Source: Candidatus Omnitrophota bacterium
GTDB lineage: Bacteria > Omnitrophota > Omnitrophia > Omnitrophales > Aquincolibacteriaceae
Direction of reading: 5' to 3'
Length of the DNA stretch: 64,000 nt
Assembly: GCA_043821445.1 (NCBI GenBank)
Contig: JBDRCT010000010.1
Location: 566 to 64,565, forward strand
The position numbers and the translations under genes were made by a program. Positions 41,513 to 51,715 of the stretch are shown here, in pieces. Below the pieces are notes generated by a model. The model was not told where the DNA came from, did no database searches, and was given only the letters and a program-made list of their open reading frames with translations. Within the stretch, counting starts at the first letter, position 1, and each line of letters begins with the position of its first letter.

Positions 41513-42325
41513 ATGATCCTCAACGAGATCCTTCTCCAGAAACGTAAAGACCTCGACGAGCTGAAACAGCGTATGCCGCTCGCGCGTCTCCGCCGCATTA
41601 TTGAAAAGTCCGAGCGGACGAAGCCCCGGTCGTTCCATAACGCGCTCCTGGCCACACAGCACCTCAACATTATCGCCGAGCTCAAAAAGGCGTCGCCTTC
41701 GGAAGGCGTGCTGCGCGAGAATTTTCAGCCTCTCCGCATCGCGAGCCTGTTTGAATACGCCGGCGCTTGTGCGATCTCGGTCATGACGGAACCGCATTTT
41801 TTCAAAGGCCGTCCCAGTTATCTGAAAACCGTGCGCCAAGTCACCAAGCTCCCGCTCCTGCGCAAAGATTTCATTTTTGACCGCTTCCAGCTTTATGAGA
41901 CCGCTCTCTTGGAGGCTGACGCGTTCCTCCTCATCGCTTCGATCCTGAGCGAGGAGGAACTCAAAGACCTGATCGCTCTGGGGAAGGAACTGGGGATGGA
42001 CGCCCTCGTCGAGGTCCATTCGGACGCGGAGCTCAAGAAGGCCGTCGAGGCCGGTGCCGCAATCATCGGGATCAATAACCGGGACCTCAAGACGCTCCAG
42101 GTCGATCCCGAACGCGCCAAGCATCTCATTCCGCACATCCCGAAGGGGATCGCCATCGTGGTGGAAAGCGGCCTTAAGACCCACGACGAGCTCATGATGT
42201 ACAAGAGCCTCGGCGCCAACGCCTTCCTCATCGGCTCCGTCTTGATGAGGTCCAAGGACATCGCCGCGACCCTCCAGCAACTTCTCGGGAAAAAGGACGT
42301 TTCCATCGCGGAGGGGGCCCTATGA
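41513..42325 (+). CDS. trpC: indole-3-glycerol phosphate synthase
   Basis: IIAELKKASPS.G, GINNRDLKT. Confidence 0.9.
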   Translation: MILNEILLQKRKDLDELKQRMPLARLRRIIEKSERTKPRSFHNALLATQHLNIIAELKKASPSEGVLRENFQPLRIASLFEYAGACAISVMTEPHFFKGRPSYLKTVRQVTKLPLLRKDFIFDRFQLYETALLEADAFLLIASILSEEELKDLIALGKELGMDALVEVHSDAELKKAVEAGAAIIGINNRDLKTLQVDPERAKHLIPHIPKGIAIVVESGLKTHDELMMYKSLGANAFLIGSVLMRSKDIAATLQQLLGKKDVSIAEGAL

Positions 42326-42972
42326 CACGCGTCAAGATCTGCGGCAACACGAATTACGAGAACGCGCGCCTCGCCGCGGACCTCGGGGCGGACTACCTCG
42401 GCTTTATTTTTACGCCCGCCAGCAAGCGTGTGATCACGGTCGGGAAAGCAACGGAGATCCTCGCAAAGCTCCCGGACTTCAAGAACACCGTCGGCGTCTT
42501 TTGCAACCAACCCAAAAAAGAAGTCGCGGCCATCGCCGGGGAACTCCGTCTCAAATGCCTTCAGTTCCACGGCGAAGAGACCGCGCTTTACTGCGATTCT
42601 TTCATGCAGAAGGGTTATGAGGTCATCAAGACCTTTCACGTCAAGGACGCCATGAGCCTGAAACGGATCGGGGAATACAACGTCAGCGCGTTCCTTTTCG
42701 ACACCTTTTCTTCGCATTCCGAGAAGGGCGGCACCGGCATCCCGTTCGACTGGAGCATCATCGAAGACAAACTCTATGTCCACGACAAACTTTTTCTGGC
42801 GGGAGGGCTCAACGCGCTGAACGTCGCGCAGGCGATCGAGAAGGTCCGCCCGTTCGCCGTGGACGTCGCGAGCGGCGTCGAGTCCGCTCCCGGCATCAAA
42901 GACCCTCAACTACTCCGTGCCTTCATCGAGAACGCCAAGGGAGTGAGAGAAGCCCATGAGCGAAAAGCTTGA
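42322..42972 (+). CDS. trpF: phosphoribosylanthranilate isomerase
   Basis: VKICGNT...GADYLGFIF. Confidence 0.9.
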   Translation: MTRVKICGNTNYENARLAADLGADYLGFIFTPASKRVITVGKATEILAKLPDFKNTVGVFCNQPKKEVAAIAGELRLKCLQFHGEETALYCDSFMQKGYEVIKTFHVKDAMSLKRIGEYNVSAFLFDTFSSHSEKGGTGIPFDWSIIEDKLYVHDKLFLAGGLNALNVAQAIEKVRPFAVDVASGVESAPGIKDPQLLRAFIENAKGVREAHERKA

Positions 42973-44131
42973 TTTCGTCAAACGCTTAAAGACACGCCTC
43001 CCGCAGATCGAAAAAGATTCTCTTTATCTCAAGCTCCTGGAGGCGACCCAGGAAAACCTTCAACTCGCGGAAGTATGCCGGAACCTGGAGGAGGGGATCG
43101 TCATCACGGACGCGAAAGGGTATCCGCTCTTCGTGAATCAGAAGGCCCATGACTGGCTCGGGGGCGCCCGCACGGCAGTCAAACAACCCGTCTGGAACCA
43201 GACCCAGGACCCTTCCTTCGCGGCTTTCCTGAAAGAGAACGTCGTGACCGCCGGGACCCGCACGGTCCATGACCTCGGTATTCTTTCGCCCCGGGAAATG
43301 CAGCTTCGCGTCACGATCTTCCCGCGAGAAGAGGACGGGAAAACAAATTTTGTCATACTCCTTTTGGATATCACCCTGCGCTCGGAGCAGGAATTCGAGG
43401 CCGCCATGCTCTCGCGCATGGAAAGCCTGGTGCGGCTCGCGGGCGGCATTGCCCATGAGATCGGGAACCCCCTGAACGCCATCACGATCCATCTGGAACT
43501 CCTGAAGAAACGCCTGGCCGGGCTTCCCGGCGACAAGCGCAAAGAGATCGCGGGCACCCTGAGCGACATCCAGGATGAGACCCGGAGGCTCGACAAGATC
43601 ATCCGTAATTTTCTCAAAGCCACCCGTAAACCGCCGCTCCGGTTCCGTTTGCATGATCTGAACGAAGTAATCGATGACGCGCTTTCGTTCCTGAAACCCC
43701 AGCTCGACGCCGCAAAGGTCCCCGTGAAATTCTCGAAGGACAAAGGACTGCCCGGATTTCTGATGGACCGGGAGCGCCTCTATTACGCTTTTATGAACCT
43801 TTTCAAGAATGCCCTGGAGGCCATGCCGGGGGGCGGGGCGCTCAAGATCGCGGTAACGCACAAGCAGCATTGCGCCATTGTCACCATCGCGGACACGGGT
43901 TGCGGCATCCCCGAAAAAGACCTCGCCAGGATCTTTGACGTTTATTACACCACGAAACCCGAGGGCGCGGGGTTGGGTCTCATGATGGTCTATGACGCCG
44001 TCGCCGAGCACGGCGGGAAGATCGAGGTCGCGAGCAAACTGGACAAGGGGACCACGTTCAAGATCCTCTTGCCCGTCCGCGAACCCCAGCTCCAGTTACC
44101 CGAGTACAAGTCGCAAGTTTTGGAAAGTTAA
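42956..44131 (+). CDS. cytoplasmic sensor histidine kinase (no TM; PAS-like N-terminus, HisKA + HATPase_c)
   Basis: H-box AHEIGNPLN, N-box NLFKNALEA, G-boxes DTGCGIP and GAGLGLM. There is no N-terminal hydrophobic segment. Confidence 0.85.
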   Translation: MSEKLDFVKRLKTRLPQIEKDSLYLKLLEATQENLQLAEVCRNLEEGIVITDAKGYPLFVNQKAHDWLGGARTAVKQPVWNQTQDPSFAAFLKENVVTAGTRTVHDLGILSPREMQLRVTIFPREEDGKTNFVILLLDITLRSEQEFEAAMLSRMESLVRLAGGIAHEIGNPLNAITIHLELLKKRLAGLPGDKRKEIAGTLSDIQDETRRLDKIIRNFLKATRKPPLRFRLHDLNEVIDDALSFLKPQLDAAKVPVKFSKDKGLPGFLMDRERLYYAFMNLFKNALEAMPGGGALKIAVTHKQHCAIVTIADTGCGIPEKDLARIFDVYYTTKPEGAGLGLMMVYDAVAEHGGKIEVASKLDKGTTFKILLPVREPQLQLPEYKSQVLES

Positions 44132-44244
44132 GAGGGAGGAAGTCGAAGGCCGAGCCAGGACTGGGCGTCGTCACCAACGGTTCGTTTTTTCAAGAGGAAG
44201 GAAGAGTATGGCGAACGACGCTCATGAGGCGAAGCGGGCAAGGT

Positions 44245-44386
44245 GGCCGGGAGACTTTGCCGCCGTCAACGGCGGTTCGTCGTCTCCTGCGGCCGACGCC
44301 CGCCTGCGCTCTCGCGCTTCGACCCTCCGATAGAGGGACCAAGCTCGAAGCGCTCCGAGAGCTGACTTCGTCAAAGTCTCCCGGCC
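44245..44386. repeat. 15 bp perfect inverted repeat GGCCGGGAGACTTTG / CAAAGTCTCCCGGCC enclosing a nested hairpin (44314..44354) in the HK-RR spacer
   Basis: The arms lie at 44245-44259 and 44372-44386. The inner hairpin is gcgcttcga-ccctccgatagagggaccaagc-tcgaagcgc. Confidence 0.55.
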
Positions 44387-44513
44387 GAGCGAAGCCGAAT
44401 GTGCGAGCGAGAAATTCCTCGCTGGGGAATTTCGAGCATTCGGGAGACATACGGCTTCCTCCCGGAATGAAGACTTGCATGCTTTGAATATTGCTTAAAG
44501 GAGATCGATCGCC

Positions 44514-45878
44514 ATGTTTGAAAGTATCCTGCTGGTTGAAGACGACGCGAATTCCAGGAAGGGCCTGACCCAGTTCCTCCAGGGTCTGGACTACGACGTC
44601 ATGACCGCCCAGAACGGCAAGGAGGCCCTCGAAGTTTTCAAAAAAGAGAGCCCCGAGCTTGTGATCTCGGATATCCGGATGCCGGAAATGGACGGTATCG
44701 AGCTCCTGGAATCGATCCGGGCCGTGGCCCCTGCCGCGAAAGTGATCCTCCTCACCGCCTACGGTTCCGTGGAAGACGCGGTCAAGGCCATGAAAAAAGG
44801 GGCCTTCTATTACCTGACCAAGCCCGTCAATCTTGAAGAACTCGAGTTCCTTGTCAAAAAAGCGTTCAGCAGTCATCAGCTCGAAGAAGAGAACCGGGAG
44901 CTCAAGCAGGAACTTTTCAGGGAACGCTACGACTTGGGCCAGTTGATCGCGCAATCTCAGAAAATGAAAGAGCTCCTGAAGACCGTCGATAAGATCGCGG
45001 CCTCCAACGCCTCCGTCCTGATCGAAGGGGAAAGCGGTACCGGCAAAGAGCTCATCGCGAGACGCATCCATGAGCTGAGCCCCCGCCGGCAATATCCTTT
45101 TATCGCGGTGCACTGCGCCGCCTTGACCGACACGCTCCTCGCGAGCGAACTTTTCGGCCACGAAAAAGGCTCCTTCACCGGCGCCACCGAAAGAAAAAAA
45201 GGACGGTTCGAACGCGCGGATCTCGGCAGTCTTTTCTTAGACGAGATCGGGGAGATCACCAAAGACACGCAGGTGAAGCTCCTGCGCGTGCTCCAGGAAG
45301 GCGAGTTCGAGCGCGTGGGCGGGACCAAATCGATCAAAGTCGACGTGCGTCTCATTGCCGCGACCAACAAAACGCTCCTGGACGAGGTCCAGCAGCAACG
45401 GTTCCGTGAAGACCTCTACTACCGCATCAATGTCATCTATCTGAAGGTCCCGCCGCTCCGGGAACGCAAGGAAGACATCGCCCCGCTCGTGCACGCCTTT
45501 ATCCGGCAATACGCGGAACTCAACGCCAAAAAAATTCGCGGGATCGAAAAAGACGCGCTCGCGGCCCTCGAACAGTACGACTGGCCCGGGAATATCCGCG
45601 AGCTGAAGAATATCGTGGAGCGTATGATCGTCCTCAGTTCCTCCGACATGCTGACCCTGGACCAGGTCCCCGAAGATATCCGGCAGGGAAGACCCCCCGC
45701 CGCCGGGGCGGGCTGTAAGGCCCCGCTCCAGGGCATCTCGAAGATCGAGGATGCCGAGCGTGAGCTCATCCAGAAAGCCCTTCAGGAGACCCGCGGCAAC
45801 AAATCCACCGCCGCCGAAAAACTCGGTATTTCCCGACGGACTTTGTATAGGAAACTAGAGGAATACAAGTTAGCCTAG
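44514..45878 (+). CDS. sigma-54-dependent response regulator (NtrC family: REC + AAA+ + HTH)
   Basis: The receiver domain carries its Asp in VISDIRMP. GESGTGKELIARRIH, GAFTGA and GNIRELKN are present, and a Fis-type HTH sits at the C-terminus. Confidence 0.9.
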   Translation: MFESILLVEDDANSRKGLTQFLQGLDYDVMTAQNGKEALEVFKKESPELVISDIRMPEMDGIELLESIRAVAPAAKVILLTAYGSVEDAVKAMKKGAFYYLTKPVNLEELEFLVKKAFSSHQLEEENRELKQELFRERYDLGQLIAQSQKMKELLKTVDKIAASNASVLIEGESGTGKELIARRIHELSPRRQYPFIAVHCAALTDTLLASELFGHEKGSFTGATERKKGRFERADLGSLFLDEIGEITKDTQVKLLRVLQEGEFERVGGTKSIKVDVRLIAATNKTLLDEVQQQRFREDLYYRINVIYLKVPPLRERKEDIAPLVHAFIRQYAELNAKKIRGIEKDALAALEQYDWPGNIRELKNIVERMIVLSSSDMLTLDQVPEDIRQGRPPAAGAGCKAPLQGISKIEDAERELIQKALQETRGNKSTAAEKLGISRRTLYRKLEEYKLA

Positions 45879-46080
45879 CAACAGTGGGTAGGAGCAAAGA
45901 AATTTCTTGAAACCCTTCTCGAAGGGTACTGAAATCGCATTGAGCGACGTCGTAATTTATGCAAAGCATGACATTTCCCAATAGGCAAATATAAGGCTGT
46001 CTTTAAAATTCCCACTGGAGAAACACCCGCTTAGGGTGCTGCGTGCGTTGGGGCTGTAAAGAGAAGATCGGAGATTTCTT

Positions 46081-46470
46081 TTACTTCCTCGGGTGGGAAG
46101 CGACGCATTCACGGATCACAAGCTGGTCTTTTTTCTCCAGATTGAGGAACTCAACGCCTGACTCGTAAAGATCTTTTTCGAGAGACCGGGTGTATCGGAT
46201 CTTGCCCTTTACGGTTATAAGCCGCCGGCGATCGCGGCCATCCTCTTCTTTTTTGTCGGACATCATAAAACTCATTTCAATGGAAGTATCCACAGGGAGC
46301 TCTTTCATGAAAGTCACCATGAGCGCTCCTCCTTCCGAAATATTGGAGATCCGCGTCTGAATGATCCCCGGGCTATTGTCGAGGAAGAACGCCACGTTCG
46401 CCTGGATGTTCACGCGTGCGGATTTCCTGCGGTCCATGGATTCGCTAGATTTTTCCGTCATGATTCTCAC
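46081..46470 (-). CDS. PilZ-domain (c-di-GMP-binding) protein
   Basis: It carries the RxxxR motif (RRKSAR) and the D/NxSxGG motif (NISEGGA) at PilZ-type spacing, in a single-domain 129 aa protein. Confidence 0.6.
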   Translation of the reverse strand: MRIMTEKSSESMDRRKSARVNIQANVAFFLDNSPGIIQTRISNISEGGALMVTFMKELPVDTSIEMSFMMSDKKEEDGRDRRRLITVKGKIRYTRSLEKDLYESGVEFLNLEKKDQLVIRECVASHPRK

Positions 46471-46852
46471 CTATTTTTATAAACGCTTCGGTCTTTGCGG
46501 GACAAACCCAGATGATAATAGTTGTTTTATCGAACAAAAGCAACCCTTGAACTATGGGGCTTTTCCATGAGCTTATTCCTTTCGATCCACTATGCTAGAA
46601 TGATGCTACACTACGTTGCTGCTCCGCTGATTTTGATACCAACGGATGCAACCGGATACTAACGGATACAAAAGGGGAGGGGGAGCCGTTCAGAGTTTCC
46701 GGGGACCCCGCAAATGGACCGCTTAGACTTCTACTTAATTCCGTCGCCCGCGACGAAATTGACTCGCATGAAGAGCAGGCGTCCTGCGGGTGGGCAAAAA
46801 ACGCGGCGCCGCGTAAATTGAACGGGGAGAAAAATCAGGTGTCCTACGGGTG

Positions 46853-46900
46853 CCGTCCCAACTCTTATCAATTTCAACAAAGTTGAAATTGGGGCGGTCC
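46853..46900. repeat. intergenic palindromic repeat element, same family (copy C)
   Basis: ccgtccca..atcaatttcaac-aaa-gttgaaattggggcggtcc. Confidence 0.5.
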
Positions 46901-47022
46901 TTGGTACCATTGATCAAAAGAAATGAAAACCAAGGGCCGTATATCATATAAGATATATGGATAGAGACGCAAACCACTACCCAAAACGGCCGCCGGCGGC
47001 TGAATTGACCCGGTAGAAAGAT

Positions 47023-48795
47023 ATGAAAACAACCGTCTTTTCTCAAAATAACCTCGGCCAAGCTTCTTCTCCCTACCTGCGGCAGCACAAGGATAATCCG
47101 ATCCACTGGCAGGAGTGGAACCCGGAGACCCTCGACTACGCGAAAAAAAGCGGCAAACTTATTTTTGTTTCGGTCGGGTATGCCACCTGCCACTGGTGCC
47201 ACGTCATGGCCCATGAGACTTTTTCGGACCCGGAAGTCGCCGCTGACTTGAACCGGTATTGCGTCTCGATCAAAGTGGACCGGGAACAGCGGCCCGACAT
47301 CGACCAATACCTCATGTCTTTTTTGACCTCCCTGCAGGGGCAGGGCGGCTGGCCGATCAATGTTTTCCTGACCCCCGATCTGCGGCCGGTTTACGCTTTG
47401 ACCTATGCGCCCCCGGGACCGGCTCACGGGTCGCCCGGTTTTCTTTCTGTTTTGAAGCAGGTCCAAGAATTCTACGAGAAGAACCGGGACCCTTTCGATG
47501 ATTTTACCGCCCCTGCGGCGGTTTTTACGGCGAGACGCGAAAACGAGTTGAGCGCAAGGCTCCGGGAAGGTTTCGACCCGCAATTCGGCGGCTACGGGCA
47601 GGGACAAAAATTCCCGTCTTTTTGCACCCTTCTTTTTATGCTCGCTTACGGGCAAACCGTTCACGACAAGGAATTGCTCCAAATGTGCGAGCAGACCCTG
47701 GACCGGATTTCCCGGGGAGGGCTCCACGACCACCTGCAGGGAGGTTTTTTCCGCTACTGCGTCGACCGGGAGTGGACCCTGCCTCATTTTGAAAAGATGC
47801 TTTACGATCAGGCCCTGGCCCTCTGGACTTATGCCCTGGCGTTCCGGGTCCTCGGGAAGCCGGTTTACAGGAAGATCGCCGAAAAGACCCTCCGTTGCCT
47901 GGACGAGACCTTCGCGGACAACGGCCTTTATGTTTCGGCGCATGACGCGGACACCGGCCACGAAGAAGGGGCGACCTATCTTTGGACGGAAAAAGATCTC
48001 CGGACGCTTTTGACGCCGGAGGAATTCGAGCGTTTTTGTTCGTGTTATCAGGTGAGCGCCGGAGGGAATTTCGAGGGCAAGAACCATCTCCTTAAGAAGG
48101 GGGAAGCTTCGGCGGACGGGATCGAAGAGAAGCTGCTGGCTGAAAGAAAGAAAAGAAAACAACCGGAGACGGATCCAAAGGCCATCACGAGCTGGAACGC
48201 CCTGACCGGGATCGCGCTCGTCCATGCCTACCGTCTCCTGGGGATCAAAGATTGTCTTACCAAAGCGGAAGGGATCGCCCGCGGACTTCTGGACCGGAAT
48301 TTCCGGGAGGGCCGTCTGGCCCACAGCTCCTGCGGAGGAGCGGTGCAAAAGGAAGAATTTTTGCAAGATGTTTCCGGCCTTCTCCTTCTGCTGACCTATT
48401 TACAGGAAGAAAAAAGAACTTATACGGATGAGATCCAGACCTTTTGTCAAAAGCTGTCGGGCTTTAAACGGGGGAAACAGTGGATCGAAGGCCGCTCCGA
48501 GGACTTCAAGGAGGTCGCGGCGGAGATGCTGGACCAGCCGCTCCCTTCCGGGGCTTCGATGGCCGAGTGCGCCCTTGTGCGCGCCGGGATCCTGAGGTCG
48601 GAGGAGATCCTTCCCGGCGATTTCAAAGAGCCCCGGTGGAATGATTTCTTTAACTTGTCCGTATTGATCCGGAACGGTTTTTTTCATATCATCACAACAC
48701 CCGAGCGGCTTCCTTGGGAGACGCTGCCGGTCCTTAGCATCCAGATCGAAGGCGGAACATTCAGCGATTGCTTTCAGGGTACCTGTCATACGTAG
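47023..48795 (+). CDS. thioredoxin-domain protein of the YyaL/DUF255 family (N-terminal thioredoxin-like CxxC + six-hairpin glycosidase-like domain)
   Basis: The N-terminal NPIHWQEW...GYATCHWCHVM...IKVDREQRPD is characteristic, and a long alpha-rich domain follows. Confidence 0.75.
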   Translation: MKTTVFSQNNLGQASSPYLRQHKDNPIHWQEWNPETLDYAKKSGKLIFVSVGYATCHWCHVMAHETFSDPEVAADLNRYCVSIKVDREQRPDIDQYLMSFLTSLQGQGGWPINVFLTPDLRPVYALTYAPPGPAHGSPGFLSVLKQVQEFYEKNRDPFDDFTAPAAVFTARRENELSARLREGFDPQFGGYGQGQKFPSFCTLLFMLAYGQTVHDKELLQMCEQTLDRISRGGLHDHLQGGFFRYCVDREWTLPHFEKMLYDQALALWTYALAFRVLGKPVYRKIAEKTLRCLDETFADNGLYVSAHDADTGHEEGATYLWTEKDLRTLLTPEEFERFCSCYQVSAGGNFEGKNHLLKKGEASADGIEEKLLAERKKRKQPETDPKAITSWNALTGIALVHAYRLLGIKDCLTKAEGIARGLLDRNFREGRLAHSSCGGAVQKEEFLQDVSGLLLLLTYLQEEKRTYTDEIQTFCQKLSGFKRGKQWIEGRSEDFKEVAAEMLDQPLPSGASMAECALVRAGILRSEEILPGDFKEPRWNDFFNLSVLIRNGFFHIITTPERLPWETLPVLSIQIEGGTFSDCFQGTCHT

Positions 48796-48853
48796 ATCCA
48801 AAGGTAGGCGTTTTGTTGTTCGTATAGGGATCGGGTCCGGGAGGAACTAAAAA

Positions 48854-49462
48854 ATGGAAGAACAGAGAATCCAGGATTGGGAAGCGTTTTACCGGGACCA
48901 GGATGTCGAGACGATGCCCTGGTTCACGCCGGAATTGGACTTTGATTTTGCCGTGGCCTTAAAGAACCTCCGGGTCCGATCGATCCACTCGGGGCATGTG
49001 CTGGACCTCGGCGCCGGTCCGGGGACCCAGGCGATCGCCCTGGCAAGGTTCGGGTTTGACGTGGTCGCGAGCGACATTTCAGGGTCCGCGGTCCGGAAGG
49101 CGGAAGCCCGGGCAAAGAAAGAGGGCGTGGCGATCCGTTTTGTGAAAGACGATATTTTTGCGACCGCTCTTAAAGGTCCTTTCGATATGATCTTCGATCG
49201 CGGGATCTTCCACGTTTTTCCGCCCGAAAAAAGAAACACCTACGTTCAAAACGTCAGCGGCCTGCTTGCGAAGGGCGGCTATCTGATCCTGAAATGTTTC
49301 AGCGACAAGGAGCCTCCCGGAGAAGGTCCTTTCCGGATCTCCGAAGAAGAGATCCGCAACTCCTTCTCTCCGGCCCTTCGGGTCCTGAACATTCGCGCGA
49401 GCTTGTTCAAAGGCGTCCGTCAACCGAACCCTCACGCCCTCTTCTGCATCCTGCAAAAATAA
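48854..49462 (+). CDS. class I SAM-dependent methyltransferase (TPMT/TehB-like)
   Basis: Motif I is VLDLGAGPGTQAIALA and the acidic motif II residue lies in DVVASDIS. Confidence 0.7.
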   Translation: MEEQRIQDWEAFYRDQDVETMPWFTPELDFDFAVALKNLRVRSIHSGHVLDLGAGPGTQAIALARFGFDVVASDISGSAVRKAEARAKKEGVAIRFVKDDIFATALKGPFDMIFDRGIFHVFPPEKRNTYVQNVSGLLAKGGYLILKCFSDKEPPGEGPFRISEEEIRNSFSPALRVLNIRASLFKGVRQPNPHALFCILQK

Positions 49463-49682
49463 ATTTTAATCCGGGCTATCTTGCTTTGCCGTTTGGATAC
49501 AAACCCTTGCGTCATTATGGCGCACCGGATAGCGCCAATTTTTTAAACGAAAAATGTGTTTTTGTAACCCATTGCAATTAATAGGTTTACAGACAATTAT
49601 TTTTTGGTATGTTGGCATGGTAATTGATATACGTAGAGTGAGACTGTCGTAATGAACGCACCTAACGAAGGGAGAAGCAGCC

Positions 49683-51617
49683 ATGGCAAAGATCTTAGGC
49701 ATTGACTTAGGAACGACCAATTCATGTATGGCGATCATCGAGGGCGGCGAGCCCAAGGTCATCGAAAACCAGGAAGGCAACCGCACCACGCCCTCGGTCG
49801 TCGCATTCACCAAGACCGGTGAGCAGCTGGTGGGGCAAACGGCCAAGCGCCAGGCGATCACGAATTCAGAGAACACCATCTTCAGCGCCAAGCGTTTCAT
49901 CGGACGCCGCCAGGAAGAGGCGACCCACGAGGCCCAGTTGGTCCCGTTCAAGGTGAAACCCGGCAAACACGGCGAAGCGGTCTTCAATATCCCTCAGGAA
50001 AAACGGGATTACACGCCGCCGGAGATCTCCGCGAAAGTCCTTCAGAAACTCAAGGCCGACGCGGAAATGTATCTCGGGGAGCCCATCAAGCAGGCGGTCA
50101 TCACCGTCCCCGCATATTTTAACGACTCCCAGCGCCAGGCCACCAAGGACGCAGGACAGATCGCGGGCCTCGAAGTGCTGCGGATCATCAATGAACCGAC
50201 CGCGGCCGCGCTCGCGTACGGTCTGGACAAGAAAAAGGACGAGACCATCGCGGTCTACGACTTGGGCGGCGGAACGTTCGATATCTCCATCCTGGAGATC
50301 GGGGAAGGCGTCTTCGAAGTGAAGGCCACGAACGGCGACACGCATTTGGGCGGCGATGATTTCGACCAGAAGGTCATCGATTGGCTCATCGCGGAGTTCA
50401 AAAAGACCGACGGCATCGACCTTTCGAAGGACCGTATGGCCATTCAGCGTCTCAAAGAAGCCGCGGAAAAAGCAAAGTGCGAGCTCTCCACGGCGCAGAG
50501 CACGGAGATCAACCTGCCGTTCATCACGGCCGATGCCTCCGGGCCCAAGCACCTTCTTTTGACGCTCACACGCGCGAAACTCGAACAGTTGGTCGCAGAC
50601 CTGGTCGAACGCACCGTTGCGCCTTGCTTACAAGCGATGAAGGACGCGGGCGTGAAACCCGACGATATTGATGAAGTGATCCTGGTGGGTGGTATGACCC
50701 GCATGCCGGCCGTGGTCCAAAAGGCGAAGGACCTTTTCAAAAAGGTCCCGCACCAGGGCGTGAATCCGGATGAAGTGGTGGCGGTCGGCGCCGCGATCCA
50801 AGGCGGCGTTCTGAAAGGGGACGTGAAGGACATTCTTCTCCTGGATGTGACCCCGCTTTCACTCGGCATCGAAACGCTGGGCGGTGTCATGACCAAGCTG
50901 ATCGAACGCAATACCACGATCCCGACCCGGAAATCCGAGATCTTCTCGACCGCCGCGGACAATCAGACCGCCGTGACCGTGAAGGTCCTGCAGGGAGAGC
51001 GTGAAATGGCCGCGAATAACCGCGTGCTCGGGCTCTTCAATCTGGAAGGCATTCCGCCCGCGCCCCGCGGTGTTCCGCAGATCGAAGTGACCTTTGACAT
51101 CGACGCGAACGGCATCGTTCACGTATCGGCCAAAGACCTCGGCACGGGCAAGGAACAGAAGATCCGCATCGAATCTTCGTCCGGGCTCTCCAAAGAAGAG
51201 GTCGAAAAACTCGTCAAGGAAGGCCAGGCCCATGCGGACGAGGACAAGCAGAAACATGAGGTGATCACGGCGCGTAACCAGCTGGACAACCTCATCTACG
51301 CGACCGAGAAGACCCTGAAGGAACACGGGGACAAGGTCTCGGAAGATGAGAAAAAGAAAGTCGAAGAGGCCTTGAAGGAAGCGAAGGCGGCGCTCACAAG
51401 TGAATCCAAAGACGAGCTGGACCAAGCGGCCCAGAAACTCGGCACCGCGTCGCATACGATCGCGCAAAAGATGTATGAGGAAGCCGCCCAAAAAGCGGGG
51501 AATAAAGGCGCAGGTGCGGCGGGTCCCAGGGCCGAAGGGAAAAAGGACGACGGCGTCGTGGACGCGGATTACGAAGTCGTCGATGACGAGGAAAAGAAAA
51601 AAAAGAAAGAAGAATAA
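49683..51617 (+). CDS. dnaK: molecular chaperone DnaK (Hsp70)
   Basis: [17 protein letters not shown], and an [10 protein letters not shown]-terminus. Confidence 0.97.
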   Translation: MAKILGIDLGTTNSCMAIIEGGEPKVIENQEGNRTTPSVVAFTKTGEQLVGQTAKRQAITNSENTIFSAKRFIGRRQEEATHEAQLVPFKVKPGKHGEAVFNIPQEKRDYTPPEISAKVLQKLKADAEMYLGEPIKQAVITVPAYFNDSQRQATKDAGQIAGLEVLRIINEPTAAALAYGLDKKKDETIAVYDLGGGTFDISILEIGEGVFEVKATNGDTHLGGDDFDQKVIDWLIAEFKKTDGIDLSKDRMAIQRLKEAAEKAKCELSTAQSTEINLPFITADASGPKHLLLTLTRAKLEQLVADLVERTVAPCLQAMKDAGVKPDDIDEVILVGGMTRMPAVVQKAKDLFKKVPHQGVNPDEVVAVGAAIQGGVLKGDVKDILLLDVTPLSLGIETLGGVMTKLIERNTTIPTRKSEIFSTAADNQTAVTVKVLQGEREMAANNRVLGLFNLEGIPPAPRGVPQIEVTFDIDANGIVHVSAKDLGTGKEQKIRIESSSGLSKEEVEKLVKEGQAHADEDKQKHEVITARNQLDNLIYATEKTLKEHGDKVSEDEKKKVEEALKEAKAALTSESKDELDQAAQKLGTASHTIAQKMYEEAAQKAGNKGAGAAGPRAEGKKDDGVVDADYEVVDDEEKKKKKEE

Positions 51618-51640
51618 AAACGAACGGCGGTTGGAGGATG

Positions 51641-51694
51641 GCGGTCCCAATACCGATCAATCGAAGCGTAGCCGAGATTGGGGCCGTCCCAATT
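51641..51694. repeat. intergenic palindromic repeat element, same family (copy D)
   Basis: gcggtcccaataccgatcaatcgaagcgtagccgagattggggccgtcccaatt matches 56669..56722 apart from 6 substitutions. Confidence 0.65.
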
Positions 51695-51715
51695 ATCATT
51701 TTTGAAAAAAAAACT

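Noticed and set aside
43992-44333. 113 aa ORF spanning the HK 3' end and HK-RR spacer (and the 87 aa ORF at 44224..44487)
   Set aside because: It is an Arg/Ser/Pro-rich out-of-frame readthrough of GC-rich DNA with no RBS or start context. The region is better explained as structured non-coding DNA.
44455-44480. Possible sigma-54 promoter (GG...TTGCA) upstream of the sigma-54 activator gene
   Set aside because: GG and GC are separated by 11 nt (ccGGaatgaagacttGCa) instead of the invariant 10, so this is not a credible -24/-12 promoter.
46560-46700. Possible small RNA or tRNA-like element in the PilZ/yyaL divergent spacer (tandem ggatac-taac-ggatac words)
   Set aside because: There is no cloverleaf-compatible stem set or conserved ncRNA motif. 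I treat it as promoter-region low-complexity sequence, and it is noted only in the PilZ finding.
49560-49682. Heat-shock regulatory element (CIRCE or sigma-32 promoter) upstream of dnaK
   Set aside because: There is no TTAGCACTC-N9-GAGTGCTAA inverted repeat and no convincing CTTGAA/CCCCAT pair. There are only weak sigma-70-like hexamers (TTTACA-N16-TATGTT). A TGGCAT-N5-TTGA string lacks the conserved -12 GC.
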